Source: Octopus sinensis (taxonomy: Eukaryota). Taken from it: a stretch of 64,000 nucleotides of DNA. The DNA is taken from positions 186,001 to 250,000 of the forward strand of contig NC_043007.1 of the NCBI RefSeq assembly GCF_006345805.1, written 5' to 3'. The position numbers were made by a program, and so were the translations under genes. Below, in pieces: positions 40,357-52,297 of the stretch; position 1 is the first letter of the stretch; each line of letters starts with the position of its first letter. The notes beneath the pieces are model-generated. The model saw only the letters and a list, made by a program, of their open reading frames with translations, searched no databases and was not told the DNA's origin.

Positions 40357-40706
40357 AGTAAAAGAGTCAGAAGGAAGAGTAAGAACGGTCAGGCAGCTTT
40401 TTAATAATCACTACAAATGTGTCGATACATACAGATCCGCAGATATACAGGATTTAAATTTAAATTTAATTTAAATTATGAAACGAAGTTGTATCATGGA
40501 AATGTAGATTTACTTACAGAGACAGCAATTGAATATCGCCTGAGGAGATACATGTAGATCTTATGCATTTAAATCGTTATATAATTTAATTTAAACTTTG
40601 AATTTAGCTTTAAATCCTGTATTTAAATGGATCTGTATCGAAACATTTGTAGGGATTATTAAAAAGCTACTTAACCGTACTTACTCATAGTTTTGACTCT
40701 TTTACT
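40357..40706. repeat. Old imperfect inverted repeat (~120-bp arms, ~100-bp core), MITE-like
   Basis: agcttttttaataatcactacaaatgtgtcgatac versus gtatcgaaacatttgtagggattattaaaaagct, with further flanking matches. Confidence 0.65.
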
Positions 40707-40780
40707 CTCTACGTTTTATATATATACATTGATATTTAGATATATACACACATATACATGCAAATATATACATACATGCT

Positions 40781-41117
40781 GAAACCCCCTTCGGTCATGA
40801 CTGACCATGGGATTGCGCCTAGAAAGTTACCTTCCCAGGCACTATTCTGGGCAAGGTTGTTTATGGAAGACCAGCAGTCGCCCATGGATTCCGGCCTCCC
40901 CTCTCCATGCCACCAGTGTTATCCAAGGGAAAGGCAAAGGGGCCGATACAGCTTGGCACCTGTGACGTCGCAACTCATTTCTACAGCTGATTGAACTGGA
41001 GTAACATCAAATAAAGTGTCTTGCTCAAGAACACAACACGCAGCCCGGTCCGGGATTCGAACTCACAACCTCACGATCGTAAGCTCGACGCTCTAACCAC
41101 TGAGCCATGCATCTTCA
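40781..41117 (-). mobile_element. SINE family G, full length
   Basis: Minus-strand head gcatggctcagtggttagagcgtcgagc...ggttgtgagttcgaatccc, CORE-like gtgttcttgagcaagacacttt. Confidence 0.82.
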
Positions 41118-41418
41118 CTATACATACAAAACATACACACATGCATACACACACATGCATACACACACATACATAATATACATACATGCAACATAAGCAT
41201 CTGAGGAGATTCACTGGTTAATGTTTTGCTTATGTCAATAGGAGGATTCGTCAATAAACAGATAAAAAAGAACAAAGAAGGTATTGGTTAATCACGTGAT
41301 GAGATCCTTACTGAATTTGAAAAGTCCGGTTGTTCATGGTAGTTTCCGAAGTTTTCTGTACAGCAAAGCAGTGAGGACCTAAATTCAGATTTTAAGTTTA
41401 ATATCTGTTCGATATATT

Positions 41419-41795
41419 CTTTTCTACTCTAGGCACAAGGTCCGAAATTTTTGGTGAGGTGGGGGGGGCAGTCGATTAGATCGACCCCAGTACTCAACTG
41501 GTACAATATTTATTGACCCCGAAAGGATGAAAGGAAAAGTCTACCTCGGGGGAATTTTAACTCATAACGTAAATACAAACGAAATACCTATTTCTTTACC
41601 ACCCACAAGGGGCTAAACACAGAGAGGACAAACAAGGACAGACAAACGGATTACATCAATTATATCGACCCCAGTGTGTAACTGGGACTTATTTAATCGA
41701 CCCCGAAAGGATGAAAGGCAAAGTCGACCTCGGAAGAATTTGAACTCATAACGTAACGACAAACGAAATACAGCTAAGAATTTTGCCTGGCGTGT
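41419..41795 (-). mobile_element. SINE A dimer (A + A2)
   Basis: Junction at ~41585 (reverse of aaatag|gtatttcg); flanking cgatatatt at 41410 and 41803. Confidence 0.82.
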
Positions 41796-42113
41796 AGCTA
41801 TACGATATATTATCATAGCTTATCATGTTATACCTTATACTATTTAATATGCATGTTTTGTCCATATTTTGTGTGAGATTTTACCAGAACAAGAAAGTGG
41901 AAAGAAGGATTTTTTTCTAATTCATTTGCTGCACGCAACGTGAAAATCTTAATTTAGGAGAATCTGTCTATTGTTAAGATCTTTTATTCTTTGCCTATGA
42001 ATAGTATGATTTTTCACAAGATAATTTCCCTTTGTCAATAGAATCTTCATTACAACTTTCACATACAATAACATAAAAGAAAATGTTTTTACGAACAAGG
42101 GAGTTCTTTACAG

Positions 42114-42363
42114 CAGTGGTTCCCAGAGTGGGCAGATGACACGGGGTAGCGATTCGTGTAAAAATTGGGGCGATAATTCAGTGACAATTCATGTAAAAAC
42201 AACATAATGGGTTCATTAGGTGAAGTTTTATTTGTGAAATACAGTTGCTTTGAATTTGCTTTAGAAAGAGGTCTCTGTTTGTGATGGTTTGTTGGAGTGG
42301 GGCACAAGGAATGTGGCCTGGGTGTCAAGAGGGGAGCAGCCTGAAAAAGTCTGCGAACCACTG
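42114..42363. mobile_element. hAT (Charlie-like) MITE, 250 bp
   Basis: TIR cagtggttc(c/g)caga at both ends; 8-bp flanks ctttacag / ttttatgg only partly matching. Confidence 0.65.
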
Positions 42364-42833
42364 TTTTATGGTAACCAACTATAAGTGTCTTCAACAAGGT
42401 TGATGCAGATTCCGCAGTTAGAACAGTCAGACGTTTTCGTTATTAAAGCTTGTATTTTTTTTGGAAAATTTTGCGTTGGTAAGTAATCTACTTTAGGGAA
42501 TTTTATTTCCTTGTTTTTGGTAATTTCCTGTCTCTTGAGTGTTTCCTTTTTTGATTGTCTCTTGCTTTGGTAAGCTCCATCCCCTTATCAGTTAATGTTG
42601 CTAGATATTGCCTATTAAGTAGAATTCGTGTTAATTATTGGGGTCTTTTATTCCAAAATTTAAGATGCAAATCTCTCGAGTATATCTTTCGTGCTAGTTT
42701 AAGTGGAATTTTGTTGCAATATGAATTTGATAGCAAGAAATATATAGTAAATATTGTTTAGAATGTTTCATTTTATAGTGATTGCCTGCTTGCATGTATG
42801 TGCCTTCGATTTTTTACAATATTCAGGAATGGT

Positions 42834-43063
42834 CAGGGCGGCGAGCTGTCAGAATCGTTAGCACGCCGGGCGAAATGCTTAGTGGTAATTCGTCTGCCGT
42901 TGCGTTCTGAGTTCAAATTCTGCCGAGGTCGACTCTGCCTTTCAGTCTTCACAATTAAATAAGTACCAGTTACGCACTGGGGGTCAATGTAATCGACTTA
43001 ATCCCCTTGTCTGTCCTTGTTTGTCCCCTCTATGTTTAGCCCTCTGAGGGCAATAAAGAAATA
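42834..43063 (+). mobile_element. SINE family A
   Basis: TSD aatattcaggaatggt at 42818-42833 and 43064-43079. Confidence 0.9.
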
Positions 43064-43229
43064 AATATTCAGGAATGGTAAATGGCTGTGACGATATTCC
43101 ATTACGAAACGCATATTTTTGTTGATCTTATGGTTTTGAAATCCTTAATCTGCTCAAGATCGAACGAAGTCATCTTACTAATATTTCCGATATTTCGGTA
43201 GGTATTTATGGATGCTAACGCCGTATCGT

Positions 43230-43493
43230 GTGGCGGCGCGTGGCTTACTGGTTAGGGTGTCAGCACCATGATCGTAAGATTGTGGTTTCGATTCCTGCAC
43301 CGGGCGACGCGTTGTGTTCTTGAGCAAAACACTTCATTTCACGTTGCTCCAGTCCACTCAGCTGGCAAAAACGAGTAACGCTGCGATGGACTGGCGTCCC
43401 GTCCACCTGGGGAACACATACGCTATAGAAACCGAGAAACCGGGCCCATGACCCTGGCTAGGCTTGAAAAGGGTGCATTTATTTATTTTTATG
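43230..43493 (+). mobile_element. SINE family F, full length
   Basis: A box gtggcttactggttagg, B box ggtttcgattcc; 13-bp TSD aacgccgtatcgt at 43217-43229 and 43494-43506. Confidence 0.85.
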
Positions 43494-44624
43494 AACGCCG
43501 TATCGTAGCGAAAAGGGCTATTACATCTACACCTACGCAATTTTGCGTATGTAGTGGTAATAGCCGTTGTAATATTTTTCCAAAATTTCTGTTAGTAAAT
43601 GTTATCCCTGAATTTGGAAACATTACTTTGTGGGATGAATTTTATTTCTTCAGTACTCAGTCTCTTTCCCATTCCGCTTTGGATTTCATTAGAGAATATT
43701 TAAAGCCAGAATTCGTCGGCTTGAGATCCATAAACAAGTGGTATAGAAGTATAGCCTGTTATTACATCAAATAGGGCAACAATAGTGTTTTCGCTATTTT
43801 TTTTCCTTTGTGAGGTAGCATAACAGGTCCAAGACACGGCTTATAATCTTGCTATAGGCTTCGGAATAGATTTCGGCTGTATTTCTACAAACTCGATGTC
43901 TCTTCTTTATACAAGTTGGGTCAGCTAGTATTCGTCTTACCTTAAGATCGTTGCGAAGGGGTATGTGTATATTATCCCGGCTTGATTCTTTACAGATATC
44001 GTATATTGTTTTGCATGTACATATTTGGAGAAGTCCGTACAGATTGCTATAGTGTTGCATTAAAAATTCCTTAGGTTGTCAGATTCTCTGTTAGTTTAAC
44101 CTTTTCACTGTACATGAATGAAGGTGCTATATTATTTCATAGCATTTGATTGATAGCAATTGCTTATATTTTCATAATAGATGAGGGCCTGATGTAGGAA
44201 TAAGGTGCCGTTTTGTTTAATATCTAACTTCAACTTCCATAATTCCAATAGTATTTCACTTATCCGTTTCTTTCATTATGGTGTTATTATTGTTTTTGAG
44301 TTCATGAATAAATACCTACTTGTATTAGGCAATAGGAATTAATGAAGTATATTGTTCACGAAAGGGGGAATCGCCATGAGACAAATACAACAGATCTCTC
44401 ATGCTTACTTAAGGCATTAACCAAATTATTCAAATGTTAATCTCCGGCTCTCGCTTGCAAACGTTTAATGGGAACGGGAAATAAGAAGAATGGATAACAG
44501 CGGTTATATTTGGAATATAGTCGGCGCTTTGAAATATTCCAGTTAGTTTTCGGACCTGCACTCTATTGAAGATGTTTCTGGTCATGATTTTGTTTCGTTC
44601 TACGACTTAGGACGAAGTACGGGC

Positions 44625-44791
44625 ATGGCTGTATGTTTAAGAAGCTCACCTTGCGACCACGCAGTTTTAGGTTCAGTCCTGCTGTGTGGCACTGTGAGCA
44701 AATACTTTTACTATCGTCCCTGGCCAAGCAATGTTCTGTGCATGAATTTGGAATACGGAAACTGTCATGGTGCCCATCCTGCATATATATG

Positions 44792-44838
<47 letters not shown>

Positions 44839-44867
44839 CATACATACATACATACATACATATACAC

Positions 44868-44900
<33 letters not shown>

Positions 44901-45189
44901 ATATATATAGTAGAAATATGTTACGAAAAGAAAATATGAAATACACGTGGAAATGTAAGGGTAAAATATGAAAAATCAACGAAAATGCATATTGCAAATA
45001 GAAAAAGGCTATTTATGACAGGTAGTGACAAATATATACATTTAGATTGACTGAGGTAGTAATACGAGTCATAAAAGTCATTATTATGAGATGATTATAA
45101 GATGATAATAAAGTAAGAGAACAGAACGAACCAGTGGTTTACGCGAAGGCTATTCATCGTTTGAACAACACCCTATGTATATATGTATG

Positions 45190-45239
<50 letters not shown>

Positions 45240-45515
45240 CATACACACACACACGCATATATATATATATGTATGTGTGTGTGTGTGAGTGTACCTTTCT
45301 GTTGATTTTTTTATTTCCCCCTCCATCATTTGACAATCGGTTTTGGTTTGTTTTCATCCCCGCAACTTAGTGGTTCGGCAAAAGTGGGCGATAGCATAAG
45401 CATCAGACTTAAACTAAGTAAGTGCCGTGGTAGATTTGTTCGACTAACCCTTTCAAAGCAGTGCCACAGCATGACCTCAGTCCAATGGCTTAGGCAAATA
45501 AAATGTAAAAGGTAA
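44625..45515 (+). mobile_element. Diverged SINE B-like 5' half (~44625-44790) and tail (~45350-45515)
   Basis: ggttcagtcctgctgtgtggcactgtgagcaaatact; tggttcggcaaaagtgggcgatagcataag. Confidence 0.55.
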
Positions 45516-45750
45516 AAACCTCGGCGTCCATATTTGATAAAAGGTTTTAGAGGATCCCCGTTGATGAAGATTGACGACGCACCGAAACGTGTGTATACTG
45601 GCATGGAGATGATTTATTTCTAGGCAGATTGCTACTCATTCAGGGAAGTTACCTCTCTTTATGCCACCAGTATTTATGTACCGGTATACTTTGATATCAA
45701 TATCATTGCAGACGTTACTGTCAGAATAACAAAGAGCGGAAATATATAGC

Positions 45751-45978
45751 TATTTCTTTACTACCCACAAAGGGCTAAACACAGAGGGGACAAACAAGGA
45801 CAGACAAACGGATTAAGTCGATTATATCGACCCCAGTGCGTAATTGATAGTTGTTTAATCGACCCCAAAAGGATGAAAGGCAAAGTCGACCTCGGCGGAA
45901 TTTGAACTCAGAACGTAACGGCAGACGACATACCGCTAAGCATTTCGCCCGGCGTGCTAACATTTCTGCCAGCTCGCT
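45751..45978 (-). mobile_element. SINE family A
   Basis: Consensus match. Confidence 0.88.
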
Positions 45979-46559
45979 GGCAGCTGAAATATATACCGCA
46001 AGCATCTTGCCAGACCCTCGAACAGTTCCCTAAACCCTATGGTGAATTGCTACCTTTTTCCCATCATCCCGAAAGGATGAAAAGCCGAGTTGCTCTAAGC
46101 GTGATTTGATCTCAGGGTGTTGGATAAAATCATACTAAACGGTATATTCAATGCTGAAATGTCTCTTTCAAGTCATCTCTTTGGGAAGATTGAAATTTTA
46201 AGTAAAAAACGTGTATAAGAAATAATTGAATCACCAGAGTTAAACGATTTGGCTTGCCAATGTTAAAAAATCGGTTTATTGTACTAATTAGATTAATGAT
46301 GTTAATTACTGTTCGTCTTTCCGTGTTTTAAATACATCTATCTATGATTGTAAGGAAAATGTGTAGAACTTAGGAAAATGTCGTCAGACATTAACTTCAC
46401 AGTGTTTTATTTCAAAACAACTGCTTGCTTAATGAAGGAACTAATTTATTAACTAACTAGTTGAGGAGTTGGTGAATACGGGTAGTCATGATGGGTATAT
46501 TGGGCTTCGTATAACTGTACCCCAGTGTCACTTTACTGGCATGCGCTGCTCTCTCACTC

Positions 46560-46604
<45 letters not shown>

Positions 46605-46606
<2 letters not shown>

Positions 46607-46986
46607 GCTCAGAAAATATAAAGACCTACTCATTGAAATTGAGAAAATGTGGCATCTCAAGGCGGTTACAATACCAGTGATCGTAGGAGCACTAGGAATG
46701 ATCAAGAAGGGAACCGAAAATTATATGAGAATGATCACTGGCTTACCATCCCTGCAAGAAGTGCAAAAGATTGTCTTAACTGGTACATCACACGTATTGA
46801 GAAGAGCATTGTCGATGTGAGAACTGTTGCTGCTCATGTATTTTAATATAACTTAAAAAAAAAAATGAACGAACTATTGAGTTTGGTTTAATGGCCTACC
46901 AATGTATACTATGAGTTTCTTTGCCCTAGGAGTCGGGAAGACACTCGGCAAGAAATGGAAGCAAATTTGAAAGAAGAAAAATAAAG
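46605..46986 (+). mobile_element. 3' end of an R4/Dong-like non-LTR retrotransposon inserted in (TAA)n
   Basis: Intact frame 46605-46820 KLRKYKDLLIEIEKMWHLKAVTIPVIVGALGMIKKG...LQEVQKIVLTGTSHVLRRALSM*, typical of RLE C-termini; (TAA)n directly on both sides. Confidence 0.82.
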
Positions 46987-47009
46987 TAATAATAATAATA
47001 ATAATAATA

Positions 47010-47053
<44 letters not shown>

Positions 47054-47080
47054 AATAATAATAATAATAGTAATAATAAA

Positions 47081-47450
47081 GAGTGGTTGTGTGGTAAGTC
47101 GCTTGTTTACCAACGACATTGTTCCGGGTTCAGTCCCACTGCGTGGCACCTTACGCAAGTGTCTTCTACTATAACCTCGGGCCGACCAAAGCCTTGTGAG
47201 TGGAATTGGTAGACGGAAACTGAAAGAAGCCCGTCGTATATATGTATATATATGTATGTGCGTGTATGTTTGTGTGTCTATGTTTGTCCCCCTAGCATTG
47301 CTTGACAACCGATGCTGGTGTGTTTATGTCCCCGTCACTTAGCGGCTCGGCAAAATACACTGATAGAATAAGTACTGGGCTTACAAAGAATAAGTCCTGG
47401 GTTCGAGTTGCTCGATTAAAGGCGGTGCTCCAGCATGGCCGCAGCCAAAT
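47081..47450 (+). mobile_element. SINE family B, nearly full length
   Basis: Consensus match; flanked by TAA repeats. Confidence 0.88.
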
Positions 47451-47743
47451 AATAATAATAATAATAATATTAGTAACAATCAAATATTGTTTATGTTGTC
47501 ATGAGTATGGATGAATGTACATGTTCCAGTATATATGTATATATATATATGTATATGACGAATGGTCTATTTGCTTAGATCTAAGGTTTAATTGTGCTTA
47601 TTTATGTATTTATACATGTATAAAGGTGTATATACTTTGCTTATGTATATATATATATGTGTATGTGTATATGGATATTTGTTTATATTTATATATATCA
47701 AATGTATCCTGTTTCATGTATTCATATTTTTAAAGTTCTTTAT

Positions 47744-47866
47744 TATCTCTGACGAGGCCTATGGTTATATATAAGTACCCTATTTTTAAATGCCTACAAC
47801 CTCAATATAATTGACAACTGTCGGCACTGAAAAACTACTTTTTCCATAGGCTGAAACAGCTGTAAG
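47744..47866 (+). ncRNA. Type-I hammerhead-ribozyme-like motif with long stem-II loop
   Basis: CTGACGA (47749-47755); 9-bp stem II ggcctatgg/ccataggct; GAAA (47853-47856); palindromic stem III ACAGCTGT; GUA triplet; stem I only 2 bp. Confidence 0.5.
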
Positions 47867-48219
47867 TGTGTTTTTAATGATTTCAATAATTTTTATTAAG
47901 ATTTTTATAATTGTATTCATATCTTATATGTATTGAAGTATAATGTATGTATATATGTTATTAAGGTTCTTGTTTTTGTTAAATAAATAAATAATTCAAC
48001 ATTCTAATCTGAATTTTGACTCCGAGGAATTTTCTCAGCCACAGCAGAGTAACTGCTTCTACTGGCAGGCTGAACTCGGTCAGAGGCTGGAAGATATGCA
48101 TATCTAAAGCCCAACGAAATGCCATAACAGACACACAATCAAGCATATATATAAATACTTATATATGTATATATATATATATTATTGGCTAAACTGGCAA
48201 TATGACCATTCCGAAATAT

Positions 48220-48309
<90 letters not shown>

Positions 48310-49027
48310 ATATATATATTTATATACAAAATACTTATATATAAATATATATGTATATATACATATATAAATACATACATGTATATACGTCCATAAGTGT
48401 GTGTATGTGTGTGCCTATATGTGCGCGTGTGTGCATATGTGTGTGTGTGCAATTTTAGCATAGAAATCATTGAAAAATAGTCGCGTTTCTCGCATTCATT
48501 ATCAATGCTATCTTGATAAATTTCACCACCGTCTCGCTCCCCCCCCCCCTCCACGTTCCCCACCGCCGCCTCTTCTCACCCACCCGTCTCCTCTTCGCAG
48601 TCATCACCATCATCAGCTTAATCTTTATCCTCATTAATTTCTCTTTATTTATTGCCGTCCTCATGATAGACTGTCATCATTTCAGCATTATTAATATCAC
48701 TTGTTATTCAGGAAAATAATAAAAAATAAACCATACAAATCGTTTGCTTTATATTTATGGCGTTCATATTCTGCTTCTGCACAAACTTTTAATATATTCT
48801 GGTTTGCAAGTTGGATGACATTTATGGCGCCTGGGAAATCTTATGGCTGAGTCGTAAGTTCGTCAAACTGAAATGGTTCACTATTTAATATTTATAAATA
48901 CATTTCGAATATACATAATAACCACTACGTCACCTAGCATATGCAGATATCAGTGTTTGTGTAGATATGTGTCTATGAACTAGAATATGAATATGTATAC
49001 ATACACACATATATATTTATATATATA

Positions 49028-49059
<32 letters not shown>

Positions 49060-49060
49060 T

Positions 49061-49449
49061 GATGGAAGCACTCCGTCGGTTACGACGATGAGGGTTCCGG
49101 TTGATCCGAATCAACGGAACAGCCTGCTCGTGAAATTAACGTGTAAGTGGCTGAGCACTCCACAGACACGTGTACCCTTAACGTAGTTCTCGGGGATATT
49201 CAACGTGACACAGAGAGTGACAAGGCCGGCCCCTTGAAATACAGGTACAACAGAAACAGGAAGTAAGAGTGAGAGAAAGTTGTGGTGAAAGAGTACAGCA
49301 GGGATCACCACCATCCCCCGCCGGAGCCTCGTGGAGCTTTCTTTTAGGTGTTTTCGCTCAATAAACACTCACAACGCCCGGTCTGGGAATCGAAACTACG
49401 ATCCTATGACCGCGAGTCCGCTGCCCTAACCACTGGGCCATTGCGCCTC

Positions 49450-49452
<3 letters not shown>
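49061..49452 (-). mobile_element. SINE family C, full length
   Basis: Head reverse of gtggaggcgcaatggcccagtggttagggcagcggactcgcgg; tail ends cgtaaccgacggagtgcttcc. Confidence 0.88.
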
Positions 49453-49487
<35 letters not shown>

Positions 49488-49544
49488 CATACATACACAC
49501 ACACACTCACACACACGCACGTATATACATACATATACACAAGA

Positions 49545-49846
49545 GGAGCACTCCGTCGGTTACGACGACGTGGGTACCAGCTGATAGGATCAACGGAACA
49601 GCTTACTCATGAAATTAGCGTGCAAGTGGTTGAGCACTCCACAAACACGCGTACCCCTAACGTAGTTCTAAGGGAGATTCAGCGTGATATAGAGTGTGAC
49701 AAGGCTTGCCTTTGAAATACAGGTACTACTCATTTTTGCCAGTTGAGTAGAATGGAGCAACTTGAAATAAAGTGCCTTGTTCAAGGACACAACGTGTTGC
49801 GGGGAAGTGAACTCACGGCCTTACGACCACTAAGTCACGCGCCTTC
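49545..49846 (-). mobile_element. Chimeric SINE: G/F-type head and CORE + C tail
   Basis: 49735-49846 resembles the G/F core (aaataaagtgccttgttcaaggacacaac); 49545-49730 is a C tail. Confidence 0.7.
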
Positions 49847-49880
<34 letters not shown>

Positions 49881-49971
49881 GAAAATGGGATGAGAATACA
49901 CACACACACACACATATATATATTATATATATATACATATGTATATATACATATATAACTACACACACACA

Positions 49972-50005
<34 letters not shown>

Positions 50006-50011
50006 ACACAC

Positions 50012-50084
<73 letters not shown>

Positions 50085-50823
50085 GCCTACATACACATAT
50101 ACTTACATATATACATACTGATTTCCATATCATACATACATGCATATGCCGTCATAATATATGTATAAGCTCGACAGGCTCTACCATAATTAGAAGCCGT
50201 GATGTGCTATTCATTAAGTGTGCTCATTAAGTATTTATTAAATTATCAGATACTGAATGTAACGCATTCAATTAACGAGAAGGCTAACTAACATCCTACA
50301 AATGATAACAAGCGATATATATATATGTATGTGTACATACATACATATTTACATATATACTTATTTACATACATACAATTATTTCGCAGCTTACTAAAAT
50401 TGTACTAATTTGCATGTCTGTATTTGATATGTATGATATGAATTGATGAGTTTCTTTTGACCTGATGAGCGAGTTTAATATCTGCATTAATTTATAAATT
50501 GTAAAATATATATAATGTTTGTTAATACATGCATTTAAATGTTTATTACTTGTTATCAAATAGTATAAAATAATTCATAAGTACATGTTAGTAAGCTACG
50601 AAACAATTGTAGTTGAATATGGATATTCAATGGTAAAATAAATTTCACTCATCGTATAATTCCTATCTTTGTTTATAATTTATACTCTCGTAATATTCTT
50701 CTATCGGACTATACATTCTAATTGATTAGTAGCCAAACATAGCAAGGAGCTTTTTTATTAGTTAAATCCATATATTGTGAATTGAATTTATGTATTGCTT
50801 ACAGATGAGAATATATATATATA

Positions 50824-50872
<49 letters not shown>

Positions 50873-51276
50873 CTTTTTTTACTTGTTTGTGTCATCTGAC
50901 TGCGGCTATGCTGAAGCACTGCCTTTAGTCGAACACATCGACCCCAGGATTTATTGCAAGCCTTGTACTTATTCTATCTTCTCTTATTCTATCTTCTCTT
51001 GTTGTTGAACTGCTAGGTGACGGGTACGTAAACAAACCAACATCGATTGTCAAGCGATGTTGGGGGGACAGACACAGACACAAATAACAAATACACATAT
51101 ATATGTGTATATATACACGACGGACTTTTTTCACTTTCTGTCTACCAAATCTACTCACAAGGCTTTGGGCGGCCCAGGCTATAGTAGAAGACACTATCCC
51201 AAGGTACCACACAGTGGCACTGAACTCCAGAATTATGTGGTTGGAAAGTAAGCTTCTTATTACTCAGCCACTCCAT
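50873..51276 (-). mobile_element. SINE family B, diverged full length
   Basis: Consensus match. Confidence 0.8.
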
Positions 51277-51427
51277 ATGTTTGTATGTGTGTATATGTAT
51301 ATATACATACATATATATATAGAGAGAGAGAGAACAGAAAATGGAGGAATATTGATGAACAACAATTGAATTACATCAATTATTATTTATTAATACAATA
51401 TACAACTTAACCTCTGACTCAGCTTAC

Positions 51428-51545
<118 letters not shown>

Positions 51546-51946
51546 GTATGTGTGTGTGTGCATGTGTGTGTATCTCTTGGCGTAGTTTCAGACTATGGTT
51601 CCATAATTTCTTCTTGAGCAACCTGCGTAGATGTTTTGTTATAGTGTGCTTTAAAATGGCTGTGCTGTACCTTCCTGTGCTCACTTCCTCCACCAAATCG
51701 TCCAATGCCTTTTCAATGTCAAAGCTTATGCAGAGCAATGTAAGATGAAGTGTTTTGTTGAGAAGCGAAATCCGCTGTCAGGGCCGCGAATCGAAATCGT
51801 GATATTGTGATCGTGAGTGCAAGATCCTAGACACACTAGGCTACACAACCTTACTAATTGTGCTTGTGAGTATATATGCGTGTGTGTGTGTACATGTGTG
51901 TGTGTACGTGTGGTCTGTCTGTCCATCCGTACATCTGCTCGTCTCT

Positions 51947-52004
<58 letters not shown>

Positions 52005-52039
52005 CAGTAAATGTATGGTATATATATGTCCTTTTTTTT

Positions 52040-52248
52040 AAATGTGACCTCGTGTGTACTGTTGGCGATTTTTTTCCCTCTGTCTTCCCTTCTCTGGATC
52101 TTTCCTTCTCCTATGTTTCCGATGAAGAGCTCCGCTCGAAACGTTAAACCCTCCTTCTTTCCTTCTTTCCTGAGCGTCCAATAATACTAAATTTGTTCCA
52201 CGTTCTTGCGTTGTCGTGTTTTTTTGTGCTTTCTTGTTTGGATTAACT
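52040..52248 (+). mobile_element. Family D copy with intact hammerhead-like fold (52115-52149)
   Basis: GTTT CCGATGA A GAGC tcc GCTC GAAA CGTT AAAC. Confidence 0.85.
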
Positions 52249-52249
52249 C

Positions 52250-52297
<48 letters not shown>

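Noticed and set aside
43794-44400. AT-rich unique stretch with short ORFs
   Set aside because: No motif, termini or splice structure that I can support.
45555-45600. TTGATGA...GAAACGTG hammerhead-like string
   Set aside because: G at the cleavage position and no convincing stems.
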